Counted from the stretch's first letter, positions 1 to 13,089 are shown. The stretch: DNA of 64,000 bases from Adineta vaga (GCA_021613535.1 CP075493.1:1364001-1428000), one strand, 5' to 3'. Numbers and translations: made by a program. Notes: generated from the sequence alone by a model not told the origin.

Positions 1-2141
1 CTTCCGATATATGCGAGCTTCAACGAAAGACGGCGAAATGAATTTGTAAACACAAAGAGTGTTTCATGTTTACATAGTGACCCGTACTTATATTCCCTTC
101 CTATTCATTATCATTCTGAGAATTACAAGAGTATGATTAATTCGCGAGTGGTAAAGTCGTTCTGTCTTGAGTTTACACATATTTCTTTTTGAATATATTC
201 ATCATCGGTGTCGATGAAACCGAGTATACTAGATCTATCGAAATTTTTCATGCTATGCATTCAAATAATTACACATGATAATGAACATTTAGTTGTTGAA
301 TGTACATCCAAAATAGTTTTTTTTTATCTAATATGACGATTTTGTTTATTTGAGAAATCAATGTGAACTGCCTTTCTGAATTCATCGATTGTGATGAACA
401 TTGTTCTAAAATATACCATCGACGCATGTATCATGACATTTGTTTCATTGAACCAATGGCATATTGATCACTGACTTTTTAACTAGGAATATATTGATGA
501 AGTATATAATTGTCATATTTACACTGAATGGAAATTTTCTTTCATATAATATTGGTATTTTAACAAAGATGGGATTATATCTGACATGAATTAACAAATA
601 ATATCTAACATTAGTCGAAAAGAGATAAAAAAATTAAGGATAAACTTTGTTTGGTTTGATTTAATCAATTTTGATTGCAATGCTCTAAATATATTTGTAA
701 AAAATATCGAATTCATATAATAGTTACCTATAACCTTTGAACAATTTCACAGCATCCAAACAACGAGAATTCAAACGAGTGTTGCATCATAACCAAGATA
801 AAAATGAAGACATTATCAAACGTAATTCGAAAGACGAGCTTGTGAATTTTAAAATAATCGATTGTGAACGGATATTATCCACTGTCATAATTAGGTAAAT
901 AACTATTGAATCCATACAAAAAATTCAATAAACTCTTTTTCTTTATTTTTTAATACTTGATGTTTCCAGATAAAAACTTTCTCTTCCATCAGAAAACATA
1001 TACATTTTGACCAAAATTATAGAGTATATGATTGTTCGTTCTTTTTTCAATGTTTTAAATTCTAATGAAAACAAATAATAATGTTGATGTCTTGCGTAGA
1101 AGAAGTTTTTCTTTTCTACTTTCATGGCAAAAGAGATAAAAACTTCCATATTTAGACATGCGAAATGAGAACAAAATTAAAAATGAACATTCCGTAAATC
1201 TCATCTATATTTCTACTCATTTTGTTTCTTATTTATAGACAAGCAGTAATTTATTAGAGCAACTCTATTTTCATTTAATTACCATAAGTGTTCTAATCTT
1301 TTTTGATCATTGTCTTTGAAGGTAATATTTGTTTAAAGCATCATATGATATATGCTTCTCATTATCGTCTTTCGATATATCCCTATTATTTTATTCTTCT
1401 ATAGAATAATGTTGTCTATTGATTTATGTAAATCTAGGTTTACAATAGAAAATCTTCTGGAATACTCGACTGTTTTTTTCGAAACCTATTTAATTCTCAT
1501 TTGATCGTATCTTACGTTAATATTACGAGAAACTATGTTTTATTTCAGATTCTCTCAACATTAAAAATCTATTGTGGAACACTTTCATATTATTTTCCTT
1601 CGACACAATTTGAGATCAATTGCCTCTATACTTTCCGAAATATACACAATACATTATGACTTTCTCATATAGCTGAATGGAATATTTACTCGTTGATAAT
1701 TCAATATATTGTAATCAATTGATTTGTTTATTATCGTGTGTTCCATAATTTCGTTATTTATCAGCAAATTTATTACGTCAATATGATCCTACACAACCAA
1801 ATTTATATGACATGATGTTGATTAATTTGACATATGCATCTTTTAAATTCAAATCCGAAGCAGTTGATATTTTTGAACAATTTTTTATCAATCATTTTCC
1901 TTCTATTGAAATTTTATTCATCGCATCAGATATTAGATGCATGAAAGCCAACTCTGAAAATAAAAAAGGAGTTTTCCAGAACCTTTTTGGGGGTTCGGCC
2001 CGCTGGTAAAATTCAGAACCCACAAAAAGGTTCTGGTTCATAGAGGGTTCTGTTAAAACCTAACAGAACTCTTCATTATTCTATACAAAAATAAGGTTTA
2101 GTCTGACATAAAAGGTGTGTTAAATGGTTTTTCAGAAAATT

Positions 2142-2397
2142 ATTTTCTCTTTATTTCTATATTGATTTATACACATATTCCAGTGTTGCAAGTGCGTCTG
2201 TTTATGTTAAGCTCTCAAATAGACCGAAAAAGTGAATTAAGCGACAGTCGAATCACGCTTTTTTCTTGCTGTCGATTGGCTCAATTCAGCCCTAACCTAA
2301 TTCACTTTCTCAGTCTGTTTTTGACCTTGTAATATAAACAGACACACTTGCAGTACTTGAATACGTGTACAAATCAACCTAGATAGAAAAAGAAAAT
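2142..2397. repeat. Long imperfect inverted repeat (~100 bp arms) inside the TIR element
   Basis: TTGATTTATACACATATTCCAGTGTTGCAAGTGCGTCTGTTTATGTTA (from 2162) matches the reverse complement of 2330-2377, TTGATTTGTACACGTATTCAAGTACTGCAAGTGTGTCTGTTTATATTA. Pairing continues inward (AAAGTGAATTA/TAATTCACTTT). Confidence 0.85.
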
Positions 2398-3747
2398 CAT
2401 TCTACTTTTGTTTCTAATATCCCACTTACCATTTCTCTGCAATATAGATCGGTCTAAATATAAAAGAAGAAAATATTTAGTTTTCTATATAAAATATAAC
2501 TCACATTTCGTTAGACTTCGATCTGAATCTAAATGAAAATAGAAAATATTCAATCTAAAATTCAAAATATCACTCAACTTTAGTCAGATATGGCTATGAA
2601 CCGAAATGATAACAATAAATATTTAACATATTGTTTTGAAAATAACTCATTTTTACCCACATATCTATACAAACCTAAATGATAATAGAGAATGTTTCAT
2701 TTCGTATTTAAAATATTACTTACTCTTAATCAGATATCGATATGTACCTATACAACAATAAGAAATATTTCATATCATATTTCAAATACAACTCACCTTT
2801 ACTCACACATCAATATGAACCTAAATGATAACACAATATTTAGTTTTTCATTTTAAATATAATAACATAAACATTCTCGCTAAAAGCTATGACCTTCTCA
2901 ATATCTGCTGCTATCAGGGACTGATATTTAGTTTCGAAAGCTGTCCGAATAGAAAGTGGGATTGAACAAGTCGTATTGAATATATCTCTTGATAGCTTCT
3001 GAAAGCCTTGAAATCTGTGGATGAAATTCGATGTAGATTTCGATAAAATTCTAAGAATCTGAGTACTGCTTAAACCAGAAACAAAAGTTGGGTGTAGCAA
3101 TTAAAAGAATTTTTTTCGCAAACTTCAATCACAAAATGTTTTTGGTAAAAAGTCACCATTTGGGTCACTTATCATCTTTCATAAGTTTCATACGGGACCC
3201 ATGCTTTGAAGTTAAGTTTTCGAGTATTATAGAATCCTCAGCCCGTTCCTGTCTACTAGTCTCATTATATAAAGATATCTTCTATGCTCAAGGGTATGCA
3301 AATACCCCTACATACTATCAGTTGATGACTGCGTGATATCTCTACATAATCGAATAGAGGAACCGCTGAAAAAGATCATTTTATTTGTAAAGAATATTTT
3401 CAAAAGATTAAGCTCGGTGAAATGATAAACTATTTAATAGTTCTTTAGTTCATTTCATCAGAGTTCATGGACTTGAGCTGATCAATTCCTACCCTCTATT
3501 GTTGACATAACATATAAGATAGTTTGAGCTATATTAGAGTCGTTCTCTATTAACTTGTAACTGGCCTGAACATAATTTTGTTACATGTAAGTAATAAGAG
3601 AAAAACCTCTCTCAGATTTGGAGGACTGAAAAATTGCTTGGAATAATCATATACTGATAGTGGACTCTCACCATCGTCGATGCAAAACATTAAGTTGTTC
3701 AGTTCATACCTAAGATCGTTATCGACAACTTGAAATGGCCAAAGCAT
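2374..3747 (-). pseudogene. Decayed cargo gene of the TIR element: large disrupted 5' region plus six 24-nt microexons
   Basis: ORF pieces 3550-3747 and 2840-3100. Then 24-nt units at 2797-2820, 2724-2747, 2651-2674, 2578-2601, 2505-2528 and 2430-2453, bounded by AG acceptors and GTRAG donors (three sites mutated) with 49-51 nt introns. Last exon GT-TGA at 2378-2374. Confidence 0.6.
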
Positions 3748-4595
3748 TTCCGTTTTTTGTTATGACAAAACTCAAAGAGAAAAGAAAGTTATTAAATTGT
3801 TGTTGACTTGCATGAACAAACGAACGTATATACATTTTTTGAGTGTGTGACTCTCTTCTTCAGTTGAGGAAACTTACGATACTCCAACATTCACTGAGGC
3901 AGCTATATCAGTTTGCGGATTTTAGAGAAGAAACTTTACATTTAGTAACGTCAAAGGAAAAAATCTCTATGATTCAATATTATCAGACCGAACCCTTTCA
4001 AACTGAGTATTTTTGGGCAGAACCCTTTTGGTTCAAAATAAATAAAACAGAACTTTTTAGGGTTCGAGATTTAATAGGCAGAACCTTTTCAGTTTCTTGC
4101 AAGCCTGTTCATAAGCTTACATGGTTTCGGATTGGTACACAGAACTTTTTAAAGTTCTGCAGTTGTACTACCGAACCAACTGGATTCAGTTTCGTCTCAC
4201 GAAGGAGTTTTCAAGGTTCAGTAGAAAAATAACTAAACCTTCTGTAGTTTAAGGGATGATTGACAGAACTCTTCATAGTTTAGAATTATCGAACAAAACC
4301 CTTTGTAGTTCATAATTGTTGTCCATAACCTTTCTTGGTTTCTCATATGTCATACAGAACTTTTTCTTGTTCTGGAGATGTTGCAGAACCGAAAAAGGTT
4401 TTGGAACACTCCTTTTCTTCTTTCAGAGGATAGATAAAAACAATTAATATCATTATATTTATCAAATTTACGTATTTTTAATGTTCGACTAGTACCGATC
4501 GGTCCTCAGAAAGAGAATATCTAAATAGAGGATTTTGTTCGGTTTTCGATGCTGTATCTTTTAGTACATTAAACGAATAGTTTCATAAAGCTCTT

Positions 4596-4858
4596 CCCAG
4601 GTCGACAAATCCGATATTGGATCCGGTAGGGCCTTATAGGATCCAACGTTCCGACAAAATCCTATCGGATTCCGTCAGTAGAATTTCTGTCGGAAGCTGC
4701 AAATTTTATGAGGGTTCCTTTTAGCTATATTTTATTGCGGTCTTATGGCAACCTGTCGGATCCATCGAAATCGGATAGAATATTGTCGGATCATCGGATT
4801 CCGATAGAATCTGGCATGGGATCCGATCGGATTCGAGTATCCGATTAGTCGACCTGGG
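4596..4858. mobile_element. MITE, 263 bp, CCCAG...CTGGG termini, 2-bp TT target duplication (CMC/EnSpm-type ends)
   Basis: TIRs CCCAGGTCGACAAATCCGATA and CCCAGGTCGACTAATCGGATA (reverse complement of right end). Flanked by TT on both sides. Internal repeated ATCCGA/TCGGAT motifs; GC-rich relative to flanks. Confidence 0.85.
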
Positions 4859-4867
4859 TTAGAATCT

Positions 4868-5117
4868 TGAGGATGGGTGTGGGTGAGGGTGTTGGTACGC
4901 CAAGAGCAAAATGAGGGCACTTTGGACTAGTTTGTAACACTGGACACACGAAAAGCCTTCTCAGCGTGAGAGACACCGATGTACGACAGTCAGCGAAGCA
5001 TTTACAGCATATTACTTAAAAGCACAGTTACAATAGTCGACGCTACCGTACGTTAGCATACTTGCAGAATTTATTAGTTTAAAACTCGAATCGATTTAAC
5101 GATTTCTACACTACTCA
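4868..5117 (-). mobile_element. Interspersed repeat copy 1; candidate 3' end (pLTR) of an Athena/Terminon Penelope-like retroelement
   Basis: Begins on + with TGAGGA-TGGG-TGTGGG-TGAGGG-TGTTGG, then ~230 bp homologous to 10856-11149 and, inverted, to 18291-18465 (shared core ACACTGGACACACGAAAAGC). Repeat status is seen directly; the class is inferred from the telomeric hexamers. Confidence 0.6.
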
Positions 5118-5918
5118 TTCATGGGGGAAAAATTACTGAAATTCATATTCAAGCGAATAATGTTCGCGAAGCCAAGAACAGAAGTATTCAAAGAGCAAAA
5201 AATAAAATAAAAAGATTAAGTTTATCGATAACGTAAGAATAAAGCAATAAACAATTTCATTAATTATTATTACTTTTCTTAGATTTATTTCCCATCCTCC
5301 AACATATTAAAAGCAATTAAAATGTATTCGAATGAACATTGATCATTTAACAAAAAAAAATAATTGTAATTATTTCTTTTAAATCAATATATTTTCTTTA
5401 TTAACGCTACATCTACTAGAATAAAAGTATCATAATGATGCTTATTTTCATCTGAAATCTATAACTATTTTAATATTTGAAAAGATATCATTGATAATAA
5501 TCAATTGCAAAAGGATTTTAATTATAAATAAAGATTAATTCAAATATTCGAATTAATTAAGTAGTATTATTTGTACACATTTTCTTTTAAGCACTAACCA
5601 AATTCCTCAGAAAAGGTACAAAATCATTTGCAACTATAAATTCTGTTTCCACCAAATTTCATGTAGAAAATCATATTTATTAAATGGTTTATAAGTCTTA
5701 TATTTATTGTGTTTTAAAAATGAAATAAAATAATTTCCAAAATAGAAATCATCCTATCACATAAGAACAATATAGAAAAAATAATCTTAATGATCATTGT
5801 TTGTTGGTGAGAATTGTTTATCAGCTATTTATTCTAATATTGATATTACACATGAGATGAAATGACACGAACGTTTATCATGAGTGAAAGAAATACATGA
5901 AAATATTCGGAATATATG

Positions 5919-6720
5919 TCAGTCAAAACTATAAAAAAGTCCACAACCATCATTTTCTTCGCAAACATACGGTTCTACATTTGATGATAAATCAAGAAGA
6001 CGTTTTTTTAATTGTTTGATGAATAACCAATGTTTCTTGTATGTTGAATACATATCATACTTATGTGTATTATACATATGTCGAAAAAAGAAAGAGAAAT
6101 TCGATAACATTGATGCTGTTTCTGCAATGATTTGACAACTTGTATCATCTGGAGGAATACGCATATCATATAACAGTATACGGAAAGACTTCAATAACGG
6201 TAAAGTTGAGAGTGCACGTAAAGTAGTCCAATCTACAGGTGCAAAACAAAGACATTCATAATGAAGAATAATTTGAACAGATCGAATGTTTAATGAAAAT
6301 AAATTACAATGTAATGAATCCAAACTATCAATAAGATTAAGATGAGAAACATTCGGTAAATCTATCGATGTTTCTCTATTACATCGAAATAAATGAAGTT
6401 CGACAATGTTATTTGAAGACATTATTTGAAAGAAAAAGTAGTAGATGATGGAAGATTATCTGACATATGTAGTTCAATAATTTGCGAAGAATAACTTTTA
6501 ATTATGGAAGTGGCTATATGCATCCAGCGACATATAATAGACTGGTCAGCATAAATCAAGCATTATAATAAAATTAGTATAAAGAAATCAACTTAATTTA
6601 AATAAGGAACAACTATTTTGCAAAAAATTTCTAGTATAATCTGTCCAAAAAGTTCGTTTGTGTGAATGTTTTGTTTTATAAATAATTCGAGAACGCAAAC
6701 AACTAGAGATCTGCAGGTTC
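5919..6720 (-). pseudogene. C-terminal remnant of a bdelloid F-box-associated/unknown family gene
   Basis: 167-aa open 3' part (5919-6422). Upstream coding-like text (SQIIELHMSDNLPSSTTFSF) is broken by frameshifts and no start is recognisable. Confidence 0.45.
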
Positions 6721-6830
6721 CATCAAATGAAAGAGGAAATTATGATATCTTTTTCCATGATATTGTGTAAGATAAAGTCCTTTTGAAATTTATCATTGCC
6801 GAAAAACATGAAAAAAGAATGCATCTAAGT

Positions 6831-7049
6831 GACTTGTAATCTATGATTCAGGATATAATGCGCTTTCTCACCTTTCACAACATTTTCATTGGAATATTCA
6901 CTTGTTACAATAAAAAATGTGAAAATGTGATGAAATATCAGTCAAAATCCCTATTATTTATGTATCCACATACGCGATTTTGTTTGGTCAACCTTACGTT
7001 GCAATAAGAGAAGCATTTGTATTGTATCCTGAATCATAGATTTCAAATC
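6831..7049. mobile_element. MITE-like element (~220 bp) with ~29-bp TIRs
   Basis: GACTTGTAATCTATGATTCAGGATATAAT at 6831 versus the reverse complement of 7021-7049, GATTTGAAATCTATGATTCAGGATACAAT. No TSD identified. Confidence 0.6.
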
Positions 7050-7376
7050 TGTCTCTCTATTTATCTACACATTTGACCATAATTCTTATTTCTGTAAAGA
7101 CAATATTCAAATATACAATTTCATCAAGCAGTTTTGCAGATCAAGATTTATGTTTAGCAGTATAAATTCGATAATTGATTTCAATCATATTATTCTGATA
7201 AAATTAATCGTTGAAAGTTTTTGTTCATATTTTACATTTCAATAAACTCATTGCGAATGTGTATCTTCTCGTACCGAGAACAGGATTGTTTTATTAAATC
7301 GAAGTAAAACACAAAGTTTATTATTTACATATTTCCAAAAAAAAGAATATTAATAAAGAACATGACTAACAACAGT

Positions 7377-9767
7377 TCATTGTTGATTATCAACCAAAAT
7401 ATTCAAAGCATTGACAATCTAAAAAAATTTGAATAAATAGAAAAGTAATTTATTTATATTAAAAAACTTTTCTCTTACTTCTTTTTTTGTCATCGAATTT
7501 ATATCAACATTTCGATCAAACTTTTCTATTGCATTCATCCATGCTGATGAACTCATTCTCACATTCAGATTTAATTCATTTGAATAAACTACGATTTCAT
7601 TTTCATTCGTTATCTACAACAACAAATGAGTAGAAAATAGATCAAATCGAAATGAATCAAAGCTTCTTACTGAGTAATCATCTGTAACATAACTAAGAAT
7701 GGTTCCTAATCGTCGATGTAACATTGTATCATCAATCTTTCGAACTTTCGCTAAAACGAAAGAAGAAAAATAGAATAAAAACAAGTATAATCGAAAAAAA
7801 TAAACCGATTTCATGAAGTGGTTGTTCAGATAATCTTTGACGTTTTGGTCGACGACATTGATTTTCAATTTGAGCAAGAATCTAAACATTCAGATATTTA
7901 TGAAAAATGATTTAATAAAAGAAATTACTTCTTCATCAACAATGTCAAGTTTTTCGTCATCATTATCGAGTTTTTCGTCTGATACTGATTTTGATTTTGA
8001 TTCAGCAAAGAAACTTGTTTGTATAGATTCATCAATACTTGTTAATGATGTTTTACTAATTGTTGCTAATGATGAATGTATTGATGGCATTGATTTTGAT
8101 TTCACAAGAAATAATTCTTGTTTGAGACGAGCATTTTCTTCACGTAATTCATCGATTTCATGTCTTAAATGTGGTGTTTTAATTCGTGGAACATTTGTTA
8201 TTGTTGCAGCAAGACCAGCATATCTTAATGTATTGATTGTTTCATCAATAACTGTTGATGATGGACTAATTGTTGCTAACATATATGTTTTTGCATCACC
8301 ACCAAGACTATTTTTGAGAAGATATGTTAAACTTGAATCTCGATATGGTATATGATGTTGTTGACGAGATAAAGCATCAATTACATTTCGAAGAGTTGAT
8401 AATGATTGATTGATATGAACACTTTCCTAAGAAAAGAAGAATTCATATTGAAATAACGCAAACATTTCGAAATAACACTTACTGCAAATCGATCATTTTT
8501 TGCTTTTGATCCATGAAATTGTTGTGATTTTTCACTACCAGCTAAATCAACAAAATTTAAACGTACAGCTTGTTCTTCTAATTCATCTAATGCTTGTTGT
8601 TTAACATTTTTTTTAGTATTTGAATTTGACAACATTGAACTTTTGTTATTCGTAGTAGAATTTGATTCAAATAAAAGACGTTTTGTTGCTGATTGTGGCA
8701 CATCATTTCGACTGATTTTAATAGTAAATATTGCATGGGATCTTGATGATCGTTGATTAGCATTGGTTGATGCGACTGAACGTTGTTGATTACCTAAATT
8801 TAATACATTTTGAAAATCTTCTTTTGTTTTCACTTGAATATATTTCAAATCGGGAACATATGGACCAAGTATGGGATGTTCACGAATTTCCAATGCTCGT
8901 GTCGAATTACAAGCAAATTTGTTTAGGATATGTGTACGAGCAGTTTTCGAAAAGGACGAAGATTTCGTTGTTGATTGTTGTTCATTTGAAGTTGAAGGTG
9001 TTGCAAGAAGATCTGTTACTTTTTCATTATAAATTTCAAGAAAACTTAATTCAAATTTTAAATGATGATTAGCGTTCATTGTAATCAAATGATCAATACT
9101 TAATGAAAGAATTCCTTCTTCACTAGATGAACCAAAAATTGAATGAGATTTTCCTATCAAAAACATAATATTCAATCATTTTGATTTTTACTTTTTTTTC
9201 TGAAAATATGAATACCTGAAGCTGTCTGTCCATAAGCTAAGACAGTTGTGTTGTAACCTTGTAAAGAAGCAAGTACAGCCGATCGAATCATTCCATCATA
9301 AACATCTTTCTATAGAAAAAAAAGAACGAATAGATCTTCCACTGATATTGTCATATATAATTACATTATTAGCTAATGAATCAAAACAATTTGTAAATTT
9401 AAATATTTGTGGTCGACCATTTTGTGTACAAATAACATTAGTTTCGAAGATTTGTACTGCTGGTGTATCATCAATCGAAGATTCTCTAGGAAAAGAAAAG
9501 AAACATGGACAATAATCCTTTAACTTTCATTCGAATTCTCACCGATCAAGAAATGGACGCAGTCGAATACCAGTGATAATTGGATCACCTTTAATTCCTT
9601 TCTTTCCAGGTGTGCGAGGTGATGATGTAGAGAGAATACTTGATGAACATGTTAAATGATCATCTATAGAAAAATTAATAGCTGAGAATAAGAAAGTCGT
9701 TTATGAAAATATGCGACATACGAGTAGAAAGAGTAGATTTTCTTAATTGATTTAAACGACGAGCCAT
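7377..9767 (-). CDS. N-terminal-motor kinesin (kinesin-3-like motor), 10 exons
   Basis: Spliced frame [10 protein letters not shown]... through GIRLRP, P-loop [24 protein letters not shown], switch I NQRSSRSH, switch [35 protein letters not shown] and a short coiled coil, ending LVDNQQ-TGA at 7377. All introns GT-AG and phase-consistent. Confidence 0.92.
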
Positions 9768-10855
9768 GGATGACTACTACTACTACTACTACTTGTACAG
9801 AGAAACGAGGAAGAAAACAGATAAAGATCGACGATGATGTTCGTTTGTTTTGTTTCGTTTCATATATATGTATGTGTACGTGTGATTCCGAAAAGACAAG
9901 ATAGATGTCGGTTATCATCAAGTATGCATATATCTGAAACGTACATGTATGTACATTAGATTTAAGGAAAATCAAATTCTATTTCAAGAATGATTTTCGA
10001 ATAGAAGAAAAAACCATATAACTTTACTTAAATACCAAAAGTGTAGAGGGAAAAGTTAAAAAAAGACCGATCATATAATTTAATATCCAAAAGTCGCGAT
10101 GTTCTTGATATGAGAAACATTGTAGATTTTCTTTTCTTTTCTTTTTCGTTATCTGTTGAAAATTTAGATAAATATAGAATGGATAATCGTTTCATTCATA
10201 TAACTATACCTATATAGAACAATGCAGAATGGTTAATAAGAAAAACAACCGACATTATTATTCATTTTAAGCATGATTTTTCATTAAATAATATATTTCA
10301 ATCCATTTTAGATATTTTGATATTTAGATATGTATTTCTTCAAAACATGGTGCAACTAAATCATTCTAGCTCATCATCTTGAAGATATAGAATCAAGGAA
10401 CAAACCATAAAATTATTTGCATATTGACTTCCTACAGACTCAAGTTCATGGAGGTTATGGACTACCTTTAAACATAACATTAACTCATTATTTGTTTTTC
10501 CTTCTAGGTATTTCGTTGTATTCGTTTGACTGCAGAAGATACAACATTATACGAGTACCTCATGAAACAAAGCTGCTTTTTTTTCTTATCTAAAATTCTG
10601 TCTTGTGTGCATTTTACTTTATAATCATACAAACTTGAACATTTTAGATATAATTAAAAAGTTAATTATCATATCGTTTCAGTCGTATAGATGACACAAC
10701 AAAACGTGTAAGTTTATCATAAGAAGCTTTATAACAGAGGAGAAAAAATACGCAACTTCTAATGTCTTTCTTTTACACAAACACGAGTATATCTACATGT
10801 TTTGTTTTGTTTCCATTTACATGTGCATGCTCAGTTGACTATCCTGTCATTGAAA

Positions 10856-11149
10856 TGTGGGTGAGGGTGTTGGAAGGCAAAGAGCAAAGTGAGATTGCCT
10901 TGGACCCTTCTGTCACACTGGACACACGAAAAGCGTTCTCAGCGGGAAAGACATCGATTGATAACGGTCTGCAAAGCATTTACACCATATAACTTAAATG
11001 CATATTTAAAATAGTCGACGATACCATATGTTAGGATACTTATGGAATTCAATACTTTAAAATTCGAGTACTCGAATTCTAAACTGAAACTTCAGAAGTT
11101 GAAGAAGAAGTTTATTACTCGAATCGAATTAACGATTTCTATACTACTC
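10856..11149 (-). mobile_element. Interspersed repeat copy 2; candidate Athena/Terminon 3' end
   Basis: Starts TGTGGG-TGAGGG-TGTTGG on +. Highly similar to the inverted copy at 18291-18465 and shares the distal segment ACTCGAATCGA-TTAACGATTTCTA-ACTACTC with copy 1. Confidence 0.6.
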
Positions 11150-12171
11150 TCTAGAGAGTGAGTTTGGATGAATTGATTGTGAACCATCCACAGGCAATAT
11201 ATTAAAATATTTGAAATATCAATTAAGAAAAAAGAGATCAATTTCATATCTCTATAGACAATGATGAAGCAGAACATAACCCATATACAACAACATGGTT
11301 ATCATTCATCGACTCAGTAGAAGAAAGATTAACAGATAAAATATGCATGCAGATATGTATACATGTATGATACCATCTTGTATCTCTGTTCTATGTATCC
11401 ATCCAAGAGACAAAATGTAGATATAGAAATAAAGTAGATCTCAAAAAGCTCAAAACAGTTATATAGTCTCTGAAGCAATATCAGAACACTTTTAACTTCA
11501 AATACATTAGCAACATAAACTTACATATAAGAATATGAAACGACTTCTCAACCACATTATGCTATGTACAATGTGCATAATATGGAGTGCAGGTGTATCT
11601 CTTTTCGATCACGAGAAAACTTGCAAAGTACAAATTGATAGCCACCAGGCTGAAATAAAGAACATGTTAGAGAAAAAAAGCAATTTAATTTGAACAATTG
11701 GTCATACGTATCTGTTGTCGTAATAATCTGCCTTCTTGAACTATTGATATTTATTGCATGTTGTCATATTCGCACTAAATACTAGAGGATGGTGAAAAAA
11801 TTGCAGCATCTAAATGTAAATGATCCTACTCAAACGTCTCAAGTAGACGATAAAGGACCGTTTATTCTGTGTACAAAAGATAGAAACAAACAACATGCAA
11901 GGGAAATCGAGCAAGATGTTTAGGTATCTTTTCATCTTGTCTCTTTTTCTTGCTCTTTTACTATTTTTTTATTAATTCCATTCTTCTATCTACATAGTGC
12001 TTATATTCTTGTAGCAATGGTTGTAACAATTTTCTCTCTCTATCTTAACTCTCATTCTTCAAATGCATATAATCATGTATGTCACTAGCTACACAAAATA
12101 CTCCAGAGTCGTAAACGCTTCCGAGAAAAACGACTATTAAGTAAAAGCATAATAAAAAAATAATATACCAA

Positions 12172-13089
12172 GTGTTCGTCGACCAAGTATTGTCATTCGT
12201 GAGCATCAATTAGCAAAATATCCAGTTAATTATGATCCAGCACCTCAAATTATTCGTAAAACAGTAGATCCTAATCATCAAACTATTGTTTATAAGCAAC
12301 AAATTGCTGTTCGATATTTGTGTCCACCCACACCTCCACCACCAGCTCCATTAATCATTCGAGAAGTTCGAGGTCCTGAACCATCACCACTACCACCGAG
12401 TTAGATGACGAATTCGTTTTTCATGAATCTGATAATTAAATCTCTATTTTAGTTATTATTCGACAACGGCCTCCAGCACCACCTACACCACCACCTATTA
12501 TTATTCGAGAACGACCACCAACTCCACCAGCTTATACTACACCAAAGGTAATAAATCAAAAGATATTTCTAGATTTAAAAATTAGCAAGACATATTCATG
12601 AAAACTCATAGATCATTTATAAACAAGTCTCGTCTGCTCAACAACAAGCAACACGTCGTGTTATTATCGAACGTTTACCGCCGATGCCTGCTAAACCACC
12701 TGATATTATTGTTGAACGTTGGCTTCCATACAAACAACAAAAACGTCAGGTTATTTATGAAAAAGCCATGACAAACAATGATAATTCAATATCTAATTTC
12801 GATGAACAACTTCCAAATAATGTTATTATTCAATATGCAAATCCATCGGTTCGAATAGAAAAGCAAATGCGTTCATTAGGTATAGTACGATGTGATCCAT
12901 ATGGAAAAACTGCAAGTTCAACTGCATCTTCTCCTAACTTTGATGGTAAAAATACTTTATTTCATTGTTTGTTTTGCTTTTGAGATTCATTTTCAATATT
13001 TGTAGAACCGATCTATCATAATTTCTCATCTTCAAACTATGAACATCTTCATCCAATGTCAAAATAAAATATTCACTTTTTTTTTCATC
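12172..13089 (+). pseudogene. 5'-truncated inverted duplicate of the proline-rich gene at 19876-21038
   Basis: Reverse complement of 19853-20777, introns included. About 14 substitutions and one 5-nt intronic indel by eye. Lacks exon 1 and the exon 2 acceptor; stop at 13065-13067. Confidence 0.85.

Larger units (their letters stand above)
1952..4428. mobile_element. Non-autonomous TIR DNA transposon (~2.5 kb) with subterminal GAACC/GGTTC repeats, possibly CMC/EnSpm-like
   Basis: Left end CTCTGAAAATAAAAAAGGAGTTTTCCAGAACCTTTTTGGGGGTTC matches the reverse complement of the right end CTCTGAAAGAAGAAAAGGAGTGTTCCAAAACCTTTTTCGGTTC. Many AGAACC/GGTTC motifs at 1978-2070 and 3990-4400. Host reading frame continues across the insert. 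No transposase and no clean TSD seen. Confidence 0.75.
1549..4590 (+). pseudogene. Decayed bdelloid F-box/LRR-family gene, split by the TIR element at 1952-4428
   Basis: ORF 1812-1951 ends ...IEILFIASDIRCMKA. After the insert the frame resumes at 4429 as D-R-*-KQLISLYLSNLRIFNVR, resembling the 'YLDANRWEQLIxxxLPNLRIF' motif of the expanded bdelloid F-box/LRR family. Stops and frameshifts are present. Confidence 0.5.

Noticed and set aside
2430-2870. Regular 73-bp periodicity as a CRISPR-like array
   Set aside because: Eukaryotic context and no cas genes; the constant parts are splice signals and both parts are degenerate homologs.
3843-4232. 129-aa ORF with repeated TEPF
   Set aside because: Translation of the transposon's subterminal GAACC repeats.
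4732-4920. 62-aa ORF
   Set aside because: Spans the MITE and the telomere-tipped repeat; incidental.
7837-9515. Plus-strand ORFs 7837-8355, 8767-9072 and 9246-9515
   Set aside because: Antisense shadows of kinesin exons. The similar ORF at 17516-17752 only reflects the duplicated tract.
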